Assembly: GCA_001800745.1 (NCBI GenBank)
Contig: MGVZ01000051.1
Location: forward strand, 1 to 48,960
DNA from: Euryarchaeota archaeon RBG_16_67_27
GTDB taxonomy: Archaea > Thermoplasmatota > Thermoplasmata > RBG-16-68-12
Direction of reading: 5' to 3'
DNA length: 48,960 nt
Below are positions 15,751 through 24,674 of this stretch, piece by piece. The position numbers were made by a program, and so were the translations under genes. The notes under the pieces are model-generated. The model made no database searches, had not been told where the DNA came from, and worked only from the letters and a program-made list of their open reading frames with translations. The first letter of the stretch is position 1; the number at the start of each line of letters is the position of its first letter.

Positions 15751-18700
15751 ATGACAGGCATGGCGCTCTTCCCCGGCCTCTCGGACAAGGAAGGACGGGT
15801 TCTCGGAAAGGTCGACCGGCTCGCCCAGGCGGCGGACGCCCTCGCGCAGGCGGGGCGGATGCAACGCGCGGCGTCCGCGTGGCTCCGTGCCCTCAACCTC
15901 CTCGAGTCGAGCCGAGGATCGGCCCGGACGCGGGAGGAGGCATGGTCCGAGGCGTACGCGCGGATCGGCGGGGGCCTCTTCGCCCTCGGACAGGCGGAGT
16001 CCGCGGCGACCGCGGTCGTCCAGGCGCTCACCCTGAACCCGTCGAACGGCCGGGCGCTCGGCGTTCAAGGGGACATCCTCCTCGGCCGCGGCGGTGCCGC
16101 CGAGGCGATCCCGTACTACGACGCGGCCCTGCGCTTCGACTCCCGCGCGAAGTTCGTCTGGGAGCACAAGGGGGACGCGCACGCGGCGCTCGGTCAACGA
16201 CCGGAGGCGATTCGCGCGTACGTCCAGGTCGTGAACCTCGACCCCGACGACGTCGAGGGCTACGATCGGATCCTCGCTCTCGTGCCCCAGGACGTCGACC
16301 TGTGGGTCCGCAAGGGCGATGCCCACCGACGCCGGGAGGAGTTCAACGACGCGCACGAGGCGTACGACCGCGCGCTCCGGCTCGCGTCGGACCGCCGGGA
16401 CGCCCTCGAGGGGAAGGCGCATCTCTACCTGTCCACGAACGCGCCGGACAAGGCGCTCCGGTGTCTCGACCGCGTCCTCCAGCTCGACGGATCGGACCCG
16501 GACGCCTGGAAGCTCCGCGGGGACGTCCTCGGGGCCGCCGGGAGGACGGAGGAGGCCTTGCGCTCCTACGACGAGTCCCTCCGGATCCGCGACGGCGACG
16601 CGGCGGTCTGGACCGCGCGCGGGGAGCTCCAGCGGCGAATCCACAAGAACTTGGAGGCGCTCGCCTCGTACGACCGGGCGATCGCGGCGGCGCCGAAGGC
16701 TCCGGAGCCCCGCGTCGGACGCCTCGAAGCGCTCCGCGCGCTCGCGCGTTGGGAGGACGCGGTCCGGGAGGCGGGGAAGATCCTCGCGTCCGAGCCCCGG
16801 CACGCGCTCGCCCTGTACGCGAGGGCCCAGGCGTTCCTCGCGATGAACCGGAGGGGCGAGGCGCTCCTCGCGCTCGACGAGTTCCTCGCCGTCGAGCCGC
16901 GCTCGTACGACGGGCTGGACGCGAAGCGCCAGCTCCTCCTCGCCTCGGACCGGTGGCCCGACGTGATCGCGACGTGCGACGCGATCCTCTCGCTCCAGCC
17001 GCACAACCTCCGCGCCCTGAAGGACAGGGGCCGCGCTCTCCTTGCGCTCAGGCGAGCCGAGGACGCGTACGCGGCGTTCGACCAGGCGCTCGTGCTCCAG
17101 CCGGATGACCTCGAGGCGAAGCGCGGGCAGCGGGACGCCCTCCGGTTCTCGAAGAACCCGAAAGTGCTCCTCCGGGCGTGCGACGACATCCTCGCGCGGG
17201 ACCCCCGGGACCTCGGGACGTGGCTCGCGAAGGGCGAAGCGCACGAAGCGCTCGAGCAGCGCACGGAGGCGCTCTCCGCGTACGAGAACGGCCTCCGCCT
17301 CGATCCGCGCCACGCGGGCGCGTGGTCGAGGAAGGCCGGGCTCCTCTTCGCCCTCGAGCGCTACGAGGACGCGGTGACGGCGTACGACGCCGCGCTCGAG
17401 GCGAACCCCGCGGCCGCAGACCTCTGGCGCGAGAAGGCGCGCGCCCTCTATCGCCTCAAGGCGTACCCCGGCGCCGCAGACGCTGCGGACCGCGCGACGC
17501 GGTACGCTCCGCAGGACCGCAAGGCGTGGTACGTGTACGCGATGTCCCTCCAGGGCGCGCAGCGCCTCGAGCAGAGTGTCGCCGCGTTCGACCGCGCCCT
17601 CGCGCTCGACCCGAAGGACTCGAAGTCCTGGTTCGGAAAGGCGACGTCCCTCGAGTCCCTCAAGCGGTACGAGGAGGCGATCCCCGCGTACCACCGCACC
17701 GCTGAGCTCGAGCCCGGGTTCGCGCCCGCTTGGCTCCGCGAGGGATCGTGTCTCCTGGAGCTCCATCGGTACGAGGAGTCCCTCGCCGCGTTCGCGCGCG
17801 TGCTCGCGAAGGAGCCACGGAACGAGGACGGGGTCCGGGGCCAGGTCGACGCCCTCGAGGCGCTCGGCAAGACGACGGAGGCGTTCGAGGCGAGCGAGCG
17901 CCTCACGGCGATCGGCCCGAAGTCGTCGGAGGCGTGGGTCCGCCGGGCCCGCCTTGCGCGGGCTGCGGGCCGGGCCAAGGACGCCCTCGCGTCGATCCAC
18001 CGTGCCGCCTCCCTCGCCCCCGAGCGCGCGGACCTGCTCCGGTTCAAGCGGGAGCTCCTCATCGCCCAGGACTCGCACCGCGCCGTGATCGAGACCTGCG
18101 ACCGCCTCCTCGAGCTCGACGCGCGGGACATGGACGCCCTGCGGGAGAAAGCGGGCGCGCTCGAGCGCCTGGGGAAGGCCGACGCGGCACTCGAGGTCCT
18201 CGACCACGCGTCTCGCGTCGACCCGATGGACCGCCACACATGGAACGAGCGGGGCTCGATGCTGCTCCGCCTCGGGCGCAGGCCGGATGCCCTCGCCGCG
18301 TTCGAGCACGCGCTCTCCCTGAACCCGGGCGACCGGTTCGCGATCGCGCAGCGCGGCCGGGTCTTCTTCGAGATCGGACGCGTCGACGACGCCTTGCGAG
18401 CGTTCGAGGACGGTCTCGTCCTCGAGCACGAGAACCTCGATTTCCTGAACGGGAAGGGGATGTGCCTCGCGGCCCAGGCCCACTACGACGACGCGATGTC
18501 GTGCCTCGCTCCCGTCCTCGCGAAGGACCCGAACAACTTCGCCGCACATCGGACGAAGGGGTTCTGTCTCCTGAAGACGGACCGCGCCCCGGACGCCCTG
18601 GAGGCGCTCGAGTTCGCCGCGAAGGGCCACCCGGAGGATCCGACCCTCCTTGCCTGGACGGGGGAGACCCTCACGGCCCTCGGTCGCCCGAAGGAGGCGC

Positions 18701-20001
18701 TCGCCGCGTACGACAAGGCCGTCGCCGCGGACCCGGAGCACGAGGAGGCGTGGCGCGGGAAGGGTCTCGTCCACATCACGCTCGAGGCGTTCGGGGACGC
18801 GGCGGTCGCGTTCTCCCACGCGACCGCATCCCGGCCGGACGACAAGGCGCTCTGGTACATGCGCGGCTTCGCGGAGGAGCGCGCGGGGAACTACGAGGCC
18901 GCGGTCGAGTCGTACGATCGCGCGATCCGCCTCGACGCCCGCGACAAGGCATACTGGAACTCGAAGGGGATCGCCCTCCTCCACCTGAAGCGGAACGAGG
19001 ACGCCCTCCGATGCTTCGAGAACGCCCTCGCGCTCGACCCCGGCTACGAGGCCGCGGCGCAGGGGAAGGCGACCGCGGAAGAGCGGGCGCAGCAGGCACG
19101 GATCGAGGCGTTCGCGGAGGCGGTCGTCCGTTACGAGCGACAGATGGCCCGCCCCGCGACGCGCGAGGAGGTCTTCAAGTACTGCTCCGTGCCCCTCGAG
19201 TTCCTCGATCCCGTGATCGCGTACGTGAACGAGCCCGCGCCTCTCGTGCCCGAGCGGCTCGGTCCCGGCGACCTCCGGCGGTACGAGGCCGTGGGCGCGG
19301 CGGTCCTCTCGCGGTTCAAGGACCTCGACGAGCTCCGGCTCGCGGACGTGAGCTCGGCCCTCCCGAACGTCGACCTCGACGAGGCGCGGACGGTCTGGGG
19401 ATACCTCGATTGGGTGCGCGACGCGAATCTCGAGCCCACCGCGGAATGGCACAACGACGACCTGATCCGGCAGGCGCTCGACCTCCCGAAGGAGGAGTGG
19501 AACCTCGTCGATCTCGCGCGCGAGCTCCGCCTCGGGCCGTACGAAGCGAAGAAGCTCGAGACCTCCCTGAGGATATTCGAAGGCGGCGCGTTCCCGATCA
19601 CGACGGAAGAGCAGGCGACTCCCGCGTCGCGGAAGGCGAAGCGGAAGCATCCGAAGCCCGCGCCGGTCCCCCACGGGGAGCCGGACGCGGAGGAGGCCGA
19701 GGAGGCCGCAGATCCGGCTCGTGACGGCGCCCCCGAGCCCCACGGGCCGAAAGCGGCGATGTCCGCCGCGGTCCGATCCTCTCCCGCGAAGGGTGCGCCC
19801 GACGGGAACGGGAAGTCCTGCGATGCCCACCACGCGCCGGGCGCGCAGCGGCACGCGTGCGGCGCCTGGCTGTGCCAGGCGTGCCTCGACGGCCACGGGG
19901 AATGTCCCGGGTGTCACCTCCCGATCGTCGGCCCGAAGCCAGAGGGCCCTCGGCGGCTGAAGGACGGCGACCCCGCTTCGCGGGACTTCAGTCGCCTGTG
20001 A
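15751..20001 (+). CDS. Giant TPR-repeat protein (about 30 tandem TPRs) with a C-terminal Cys/His-rich zinc-finger-like motif
   Basis: 1416 aa. A 34-aa periodicity with the A/G/Y/P TPR signature runs from about aa 40 to 1100 (for example AWxxKGxALxxLGRxxEALxAYDxALxLDP). The C-terminal motif CDAHHAPGAQRHACGAWLCQACLDGHGECPGCH is at nt 19818-19916. The 1536-aa minus ORF 15679..20289 is its antisense shadow. Confidence 0.9.
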   Translation: MTGMALFPGLSDKEGRVLGKVDRLAQAADALAQAGRMQRAASAWLRALNLLESSRGSARTREEAWSEAYARIGGGLFALGQAESAATAVVQALTLNPSNGRALGVQGDILLGRGGAAEAIPYYDAALRFDSRAKFVWEHKGDAHAALGQRPEAIRAYVQVVNLDPDDVEGYDRILALVPQDVDLWVRKGDAHRRREEFNDAHEAYDRALRLASDRRDALEGKAHLYLSTNAPDKALRCLDRVLQLDGSDPDAWKLRGDVLGAAGRTEEALRSYDESLRIRDGDAAVWTARGELQRRIHKNLEALASYDRAIAAAPKAPEPRVGRLEALRALARWEDAVREAGKILASEPRHALALYARAQAFLAMNRRGEALLALDEFLAVEPRSYDGLDAKRQLLLASDRWPDVIATCDAILSLQPHNLRALKDRGRALLALRRAEDAYAAFDQALVLQPDDLEAKRGQRDALRFSKNPKVLLRACDDILARDPRDLGTWLAKGEAHEALEQRTEALSAYENGLRLDPRHAGAWSRKAGLLFALERYEDAVTAYDAALEANPAAADLWREKARALYRLKAYPGAADAADRATRYAPQDRKAWYVYAMSLQGAQRLEQSVAAFDRALALDPKDSKSWFGKATSLESLKRYEEAIPAYHRTAELEPGFAPAWLREGSCLLELHRYEESLAAFARVLAKEPRNEDGVRGQVDALEALGKTTEAFEASERLTAIGPKSSEAWVRRARLARAAGRAKDALASIHRAASLAPERADLLRFKRELLIAQDSHRAVIETCDRLLELDARDMDALREKAGALERLGKADAALEVLDHASRVDPMDRHTWNERGSMLLRLGRRPDALAAFEHALSLNPGDRFAIAQRGRVFFEIGRVDDALRAFEDGLVLEHENLDFLNGKGMCLAAQAHYDDAMSCLAPVLAKDPNNFAAHRTKGFCLLKTDRAPDALEALEFAAKGHPEDPTLLAWTGETLTALGRPKEALAAYDKAVAADPEHEEAWRGKGLVHITLEAFGDAAVAFSHATASRPDDKALWYMRGFAEERAGNYEAAVESYDRAIRLDARDKAYWNSKGIALLHLKRNEDALRCFENALALDPGYEAAAQGKATAEERAQQARIEAFAEAVVRYERQMARPATREEVFKYCSVPLEFLDPVIAYVNEPAPLVPERLGPGDLRRYEAVGAAVLSRFKDLDELRLADVSSALPNVDLDEARTVWGYLDWVRDANLEPTAEWHNDDLIRQALDLPKEEWNLVDLARELRLGPYEAKKLETSLRIFEGGAFPITTEEQATPASRKAKRKHPKPAPVPHGEPDAEEAEEAADPARDGAPEPHGPKAAMSAAVRSSPAKGAPDGNGKSCDAHHAPGAQRHACGAWLCQACLDGHGECPGCHLPIVGPKPEGPRRLKDGDPASRDFSRL

Positions 20002-20046
20002 ACGGGAAGGTTCATCGGGGCCGCCCGCGTTCCGCTCGCGGTCCCG

Positions 20047-20643
20047 ATGGACGCGCAGCCCCGACGAGGCCCCGACTGGCCGACGGCGTGGCGCGCCCTT
20101 GTCCCCGTCTACGGACTCGCGACGATCCTCCACGCGATCTTCTCTCTCTTCGCCGCGCCCATCTGGGTCATCTTCTTCCTGTACGCGCGGATGGTCCTCG
20201 ACGGCGCGCGCCTCGCGGAGGATCCGTGGCGCGGGCGAGGGAGCCCGCGGCCGTACCTCGTCGCGTTCGTGATCGCGATCGCGGCCCACCTCGTGGCGTT
20301 CGCCCTGCTTCCGTCAACGTCGTCCGGGAGCCTCCTCGCAACGGCGACGGGAGGCGGCGTCGCCGCGCTCTCCCTCGCGGCGATCTTCGTCGCCGCCACG
20401 GCACCGCCCGGCGCGCGCGACGCCCGCGGTCTCCTGCGTCTCGGAGCCTCCGCTGAGATCCTCGGCGCGCTCTCCGTTCCGACGATCCTGTTCGCGGCGT
20501 CGCTGCCCGCCGACGTCGAGGCGGTCGGGCTCGTCGCTCTGCCGGTCGTTCTCGCGGTCGTGTCGACCGCAGCGTTCCTGATCGCCTCGAGGCCCCGGGC
20601 GGCCGCGTCCGCGTCCGTCGCTCGGAAGGCGCCTCGGGAGTGA
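20047..20643 (+). CDS. Hypothetical integral membrane protein (198 aa)
   Basis: It has 5-6 hydrophobic segments (LATILHAIFSLFAAPIWVIFFLY; YLVAFVIAIAAHLVAFALL; and others). It sits 45 nt after the TPR gene with no recognisable TATA box, so it is possibly co-transcribed. Confidence 0.6.
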   Translation: MDAQPRRGPDWPTAWRALVPVYGLATILHAIFSLFAAPIWVIFFLYARMVLDGARLAEDPWRGRGSPRPYLVAFVIAIAAHLVAFALLPSTSSGSLLATATGGGVAALSLAAIFVAATAPPGARDARGLLRLGASAEILGALSVPTILFAASLPADVEAVGLVALPVVLAVVSTAAFLIASRPRAAASASVARKAPRE

Positions 20644-20649
20644 CACGTC

Positions 20650-21459
20650 CTACGTGTACGTCCTGACCATGTCCGCGATGAACGTCTGGGAGCTCGGGAT
20701 GTCGACGCGGTAGTTGTTGTTCGTCGCCTTGCACGCCGCGTCGCCCCAGGACGTGACCGCGACGATGTACTCCGCAGCGCCGTCCTTGTAGAACGTCGGT
20801 CCGCCGGAGTCGCCGTAGCACGTCCCGCCGCTCCCCGTGTGGATGTTCTGGGACATGTACAGCCACGCCTTGTGCAGGTTCCGGAACTCGGACAGGGAGA
20901 ACTCCCTCCAGCCCGTGACCCGGCCCTGCTCGTCGGATCCGTACCCGACGTTCACGAACCACGTGCCCTTGAGCGTCCCCCTGGCCGCGAGCCCGTCGAG
21001 GAACGCCGGAGGCGCGACGACGCCCAGGCCGACGTCCGTCGGCGCGTCCTGGAGGATCACGACGCCCAGGTCGTGCGGGTCGGCCATCCAGCCCCACCAG
21101 TAGTCCGGGTGGGTGACGTAGTCCGAGATCGGCCAGAGGACCGCGTCGGGCCCGAAGATTGGCTGGGAGAAGCTGACCCAGATCTTATCCTTCGGGACCT
21201 CCCACGCGTCGAGGCCGACCGTGCAATGTCCCGCGGTGAGGAACACCCGCGGTGCGATCAGCGTGCCCGAGCACCACTCGATGACCCCGAGGTCCGGGCG
21301 GACGTGGCTCAGGTCCGCGAGGATCGCCCCGACGAACGGATGCTCCGTGTCGAGCGCGCCCCACGTGATCGAGCTCACGGGGAGCGAGAGCACGAACGCC
21401 CCCGCGAGAATCAGCGCCCCGATATAGCCCACAGACCGATTCCTGCCCCTACCAGCCAC
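20650..21459 (-). CDS. Secreted or membrane-anchored trypsin-like serine protease (S1 family)
   Basis: 269 aa with an N-terminal signal/anchor (VGYIGALILAGAFVLSLPV). The catalytic triad context is LTAGHC, HDLGVVIL and CYGDSGGP. Confidence 0.85.
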   Translation of the reverse strand: MAGRGRNRSVGYIGALILAGAFVLSLPVSSITWGALDTEHPFVGAILADLSHVRPDLGVIEWCSGTLIAPRVFLTAGHCTVGLDAWEVPKDKIWVSFSQPIFGPDAVLWPISDYVTHPDYWWGWMADPHDLGVVILQDAPTDVGLGVVAPPAFLDGLAARGTLKGTWFVNVGYGSDEQGRVTGWREFSLSEFRNLHKAWLYMSQNIHTGSGGTCYGDSGGPTFYKDGAAEYIVAVTSWGDAACKATNNNYRVDIPSSQTFIADMVRTYT

Positions 21460-21526
21460 CCCAACTCACCTCGTCCTGGGCCGGGATGGCCGCGCCGCGC
21501 GATAAAGCTTGCCGGGTGCCCCGGGC

Positions 21527-22182
21527 TCACTCGAACGTCCAGTGGTCCCGCTCCCGGAGGAGCTCCCGGAGGAGCCGGAGGACGTTCGAGGGCTCGACGC
21601 GGTAGAGGAACGCGCGAGGTGCTTGCAGAGGAGCCGGGCCTTCGCGCGGTTCGAGCGCCAGTCCGTGCAGTCGTGCTCGATCCGCCGTTCCTGGGTGTCG
21701 ATCCGCACGGAGTACGCCTTCACGGTGCCGGAGAGGAGGGTCGCCGTCTCCTTGTCCACGCTCACGAGCGTCGGGTCGATCCCCTTCGCGGACGCGAGGC
21801 GATTCGTGCCGAGGAGGACGAGGAGGAGCTCCTCGAGGCTCATCCGGTCGATGTCCTTGTTCAGGGGGACGTCCGCCTGGATGATCCCCGCCTCCTCCTC
21901 GACCTCGCCCCCTCGGACCTTCACGGCGACGCCGAACCGCTCGAGCGCCTCGTTGATCTTCTTGTCGATGTACGCCTGTTCCTCCGGCGTGTACTTCGCG
22001 CGGTTCCCGGGCTTGTTGAAGTACCTGCGCGCGGCCCGCGCGTGGAACGGCGTGTGGACGGGGTACTTCCAGTTCGCGGGATCCGCATATCGCTCGGGGT
22101 CCTTCGGGTACCCCTCGGGCGGACCCAGGCGGCCGTCCCGCTTGCGTCCGGGCTTGACGGCCCGAGGCATCCCTCCGTGCAT
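21527..22182 (-). CDS. SWIM-type zinc-finger protein with an apparent 1-nt frameshift near 21625-21631
   Basis: Frame A (track 21466..22182) reads ...HDCTDWRSNRAKARLLCKHLAR and then turns into low-complexity SSTASSPRTSSGSS. The adjacent frame (track 21527..22192) continues as AFLYRVEPSNVLRLLRELLRERDHWTFE*. Restoring one base in the GCGCGCG run gives CKHLAAFLY, a typical SWIM ending. Confidence 0.6.
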
Positions 22183-22310
22183 CGCGGGGCAACCGATAAT
22201 GGTTCGGGGTCGCCGTCGCCGTCCGGAGTCCGGGGACTCAATCCCGAAAATGGGCGGGAAACGGATAAGTAGGCGGCCGGCCCCGTGGAGGCGCCGCCGG
22301 TTCGGACGCC

Positions 22311-22877
22311 GTGAACGAACACGAACGTCTCAAGCTCAAGGTCTGCCTCGTTGGCGACCAGGGCGTCGGGAAGTCGTCCCTCATCCGCCGGTTCGTGCTG
22401 AACGCCTTCGACGACCACTACCTCGCGACGGTCGGGACGAAGGTCTCGAAGAAGCTCATGTGGATCACGATCCCGGGGAACGGTGTCACAATCGAGGTCG
22501 ACATGCAGGTGTGGGACATCATGGGCGAGCCCGATTTCCGCGGGGCGCTCCGGGCTTCGTACTTCGCAGGCGCGCAAGGGATCCTCGCCGCGTGCGACGT
22601 GACGCGGCGTGCGACTCTCGAGGGGATCCTCTCCTGGGTCGACCTCGCGGATGAGGTGACGGTGAACCCGGCGTGGTGCGTCGTCGGGAACAAGGCGGAC
22701 CTCCGGGACAAGGCGGCGTTCGGCGAGGACGAGCTCGCTCGCCTCGCCGGCTCCCTGGGATCTCCCCATATGCTCACGTCCGCGAGGACGGGGGAGAACG
22801 TCGAGCGGGCGTTCCAGGCGCTGACGCGGTCGATCTTCGTCGGCATGCGCCGGACCGGCCTGGCGTCCCTCCCGTGA
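22311..22877 (+). CDS. Ras-superfamily (Rab-like) small GTPase
   Basis: 188 aa. G1 is GDQGVGKSS, the switch I Thr is in YLATVGT, G3 is VWDIMGEP, G4 is GNKADL and G5 is TSARTGENVERAF. Confidence 0.85.
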   Translation: MNEHERLKLKVCLVGDQGVGKSSLIRRFVLNAFDDHYLATVGTKVSKKLMWITIPGNGVTIEVDMQVWDIMGEPDFRGALRASYFAGAQGILAACDVTRRATLEGILSWVDLADEVTVNPAWCVVGNKADLRDKAAFGEDELARLAGSLGSPHMLTSARTGENVERAFQALTRSIFVGMRRTGLASLP

Positions 22878-22934
22878 TCCCCACCCTCCGCGCCTCGCAA
22901 AGGATATCCGCCCGCGTCCGCTCCCGAGGATCCC

Positions 22935-23555
22935 ATGGCCGCGCGCACGTTGCGCATCGTCGCCCTCGGCGACTCCGTCACTGCAGGCGAGCCGGGGTTC
23001 AGGTCTCCCTTGGAGTCGCCCCCGGACGGGGCAGGGGACCCGGAGAGCCAGTACGGGTTCTGGATGTCGAAGGCCCATCCGGACTGGGTCGTCCTCAATC
23101 GCGGCGTGAGCGGGGAGCGCTCGGACCAGATCCTCAAGAGGTTCGAGCGGGACGTGCTCCGCGAGGCGCCCGACTACGTGATCATCCTCGCGGGCGTTAA
23201 CGACATCTACCAGGGGCTGCCCGCGTCCTTCGTCCAGGAGAACCTCGATGCGATGTACGACCGGGCCGCCGACTCGGGCGTCCGGGTCGTCGCCGCGACG
23301 ATCCTCCCGTACAATTCCGCGTCCGCGGGGGAGTCCGGCGCGATCCGGAAGGTGAACCGGTGGATCGAGGGCACGGCCCGCCACCGCGGGCTCGCGTTCT
23401 GCGACGTCCACCGCGCGGTCGCGGATCCAGCGAGCTACGACCGGCTCGCCTCGACGATCGACGGGGACCATCCGGACGTCGCAGGGTACCGCGCGATGGG
23501 GGAGGTGCTCGCGTCCGCGATCGACGCGCATGCCCGCGCGGAGGGACCCGGATGA
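22935..23555 (+). CDS. SGNH/GDSL-family hydrolase
   Basis: 206 aa. Block I is VALGDSVTAG, block III is ILAGVNDI and block V is DGDHPD. Confidence 0.8.
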   Translation: MAARTLRIVALGDSVTAGEPGFRSPLESPPDGAGDPESQYGFWMSKAHPDWVVLNRGVSGERSDQILKRFERDVLREAPDYVIILAGVNDIYQGLPASFVQENLDAMYDRAADSGVRVVAATILPYNSASAGESGAIRKVNRWIEGTARHRGLAFCDVHRAVADPASYDRLASTIDGDHPDVAGYRAMGEVLASAIDAHARAEGPG

Positions 23556-23607
23556 ACGGGGCCCCGCTGGGCCTCCGAAACGCTTCGGCCCCCTGAGGGG
23601 GGTTCAC

Positions 23608-23635
23608 GTTTCCGACGACGGAAACCGTTATATCC
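23608..23635 (+). promoter_or_regulatory. his-operon promoter region: hairpin/palindrome GTTTCCG-ACGA-CGGAAAC abutting the TATA-like CCGTTATATCC
   Basis: A 7-bp inverted repeat at 23608-23625 is directly followed by the TATA-like box at 23625-23635. hisG starts at ATG 23808, preceded by GGAGG at 23796-23800, implying a leader of about 150 nt. Confidence 0.4.
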
Positions 23636-23807
23636 TAGCAGCGCGTCGAGGGCAATTACGATGCAAGCAGTCGTCGCAGCGTGGGGTTGCGTTCATGCGG
23701 CCCAGGCGCAGGTCGACTGCTCTTCGGGCTCCGCGTGAGCGCGCATCCCTTCTCGTGTCATCGTTCGAGGCGAGCGGACGCGCCGTCGCCGGACCGGAGG
23801 TTTTGTC

Positions 23808-24674
23808 ATGGCCGTGATCCGGACCGCGATACCGAACAAGGGCCGTCTCGCCCCCGACGCCTCGGAGCTGCTCCGCGCGATCGGCCTGCGCATCCCCGAC
23901 GCGAACGACCGGAAGCTCCTCGTCGACTCGGGGAAGGGCCGCTACCAGGTCCTCTTCGCGAGCCCGTGGGACATCCCGCGCTACGTGGAGAGCGGCGCAG
24001 CGGACGTCGGGATCACGGGCCTCGACATCCTCGAGGAAGCGGGGAACGGCGTGGAGCGGCTGCTCCCCCTGAATTTTGGATTCTGCAAGCTGTGCCTCGC
24101 GGCGCCGGAGGCCGCCACCGTCCTGTCGTCGAAGGAGATCCCCGGAGGCGCGACGATTGCGACGCAGTTCCCGAACCTCGTGCGCTCGTACTTCCGCCGG
24201 CTCGGCACCGACGTCCGGATCGTCGAGGTCCGGGGCGCCGCAGAGCTCACGCCGAACATCGGCGCCGCGGACTTCGTCGCGGACCTCGTGGAAACGGGCT
24301 CGACCCTCCGGATGAACCACCTCAGGATCCTTGACGTGATCCTCGAATCCCGCGCGGTCCTCGTCGCGAGCCCGGCGAGCCTCGAAGAGAAGGGGTCGGA
24401 GATCCGCGAGCTCGTCTCCGCGATCGAGTCCGTCGTGGAAGCGGAGTCTCGCCGGTACCTCATGGCGAACGTTCCCGTCGACCGGCTCCCCCAGGTCCGC
24501 GGATTCCTGCCCGGCATCACCGCCCCGACGATCATGAACCTCATCGGCCGACAGGACATGGTCGCGATGCACGTCGTCGTTAAGGAGGACGAGGTGAACG
24601 GCGTGATCGCCCTCCTCAAGGACGCGGGCGCGACGGGAATCCTCGTCGTCCCGATCGAGCGGATGGTGGTCTGA
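23808..24674 (+). CDS. hisG: ATP phosphoribosyltransferase (long form)
   Basis: 288 aa. Contains MAVIRTAIPNKGRLAPDASELL, DIPRYVESGAADVGITGLD and DLVETGSTLRMN. Confidence 0.9.
   Translation: MAVIRTAIPNKGRLAPDASELLRAIGLRIPDANDRKLLVDSGKGRYQVLFASPWDIPRYVESGAADVGITGLDILEEAGNGVERLLPLNFGFCKLCLAAPEAATVLSSKEIPGGATIATQFPNLVRSYFRRLGTDVRIVEVRGAAELTPNIGAADFVADLVETGSTLRMNHLRILDVILESRAVLVASPASLEEKGSEIRELVSAIESVVEAESRRYLMANVPVDRLPQVRGFLPGITAPTIMNLIGRQDMVAMHVVVKEDEVNGVIALLKDAGATGILVVPIERMVV

Noticed and set aside
15679-20289. 1536-aa ORF on the minus strand, the longest ORF in the track
   Set aside because: It is antisense to the TPR gene. Its composition is dominated by R/E/P/G/V/L with no recognisable motifs, whereas the plus strand shows a clean 34-aa TPR periodicity. 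Long stop-free antisense frames are expected at this G+C content.
23661-23738. 25-codon uORF (MQAVVAAWGCVHAAQAQVDCSSGSA) starting ~30 nt downstream of the his-operon TATA-like box, considered as a possible His-attenuation leader peptide
   Set aside because: It has only one His codon, no obvious alternative terminator/antiterminator hairpins, and attenuation of this type is not established in archaea. It is most likely just a 5' UTR.
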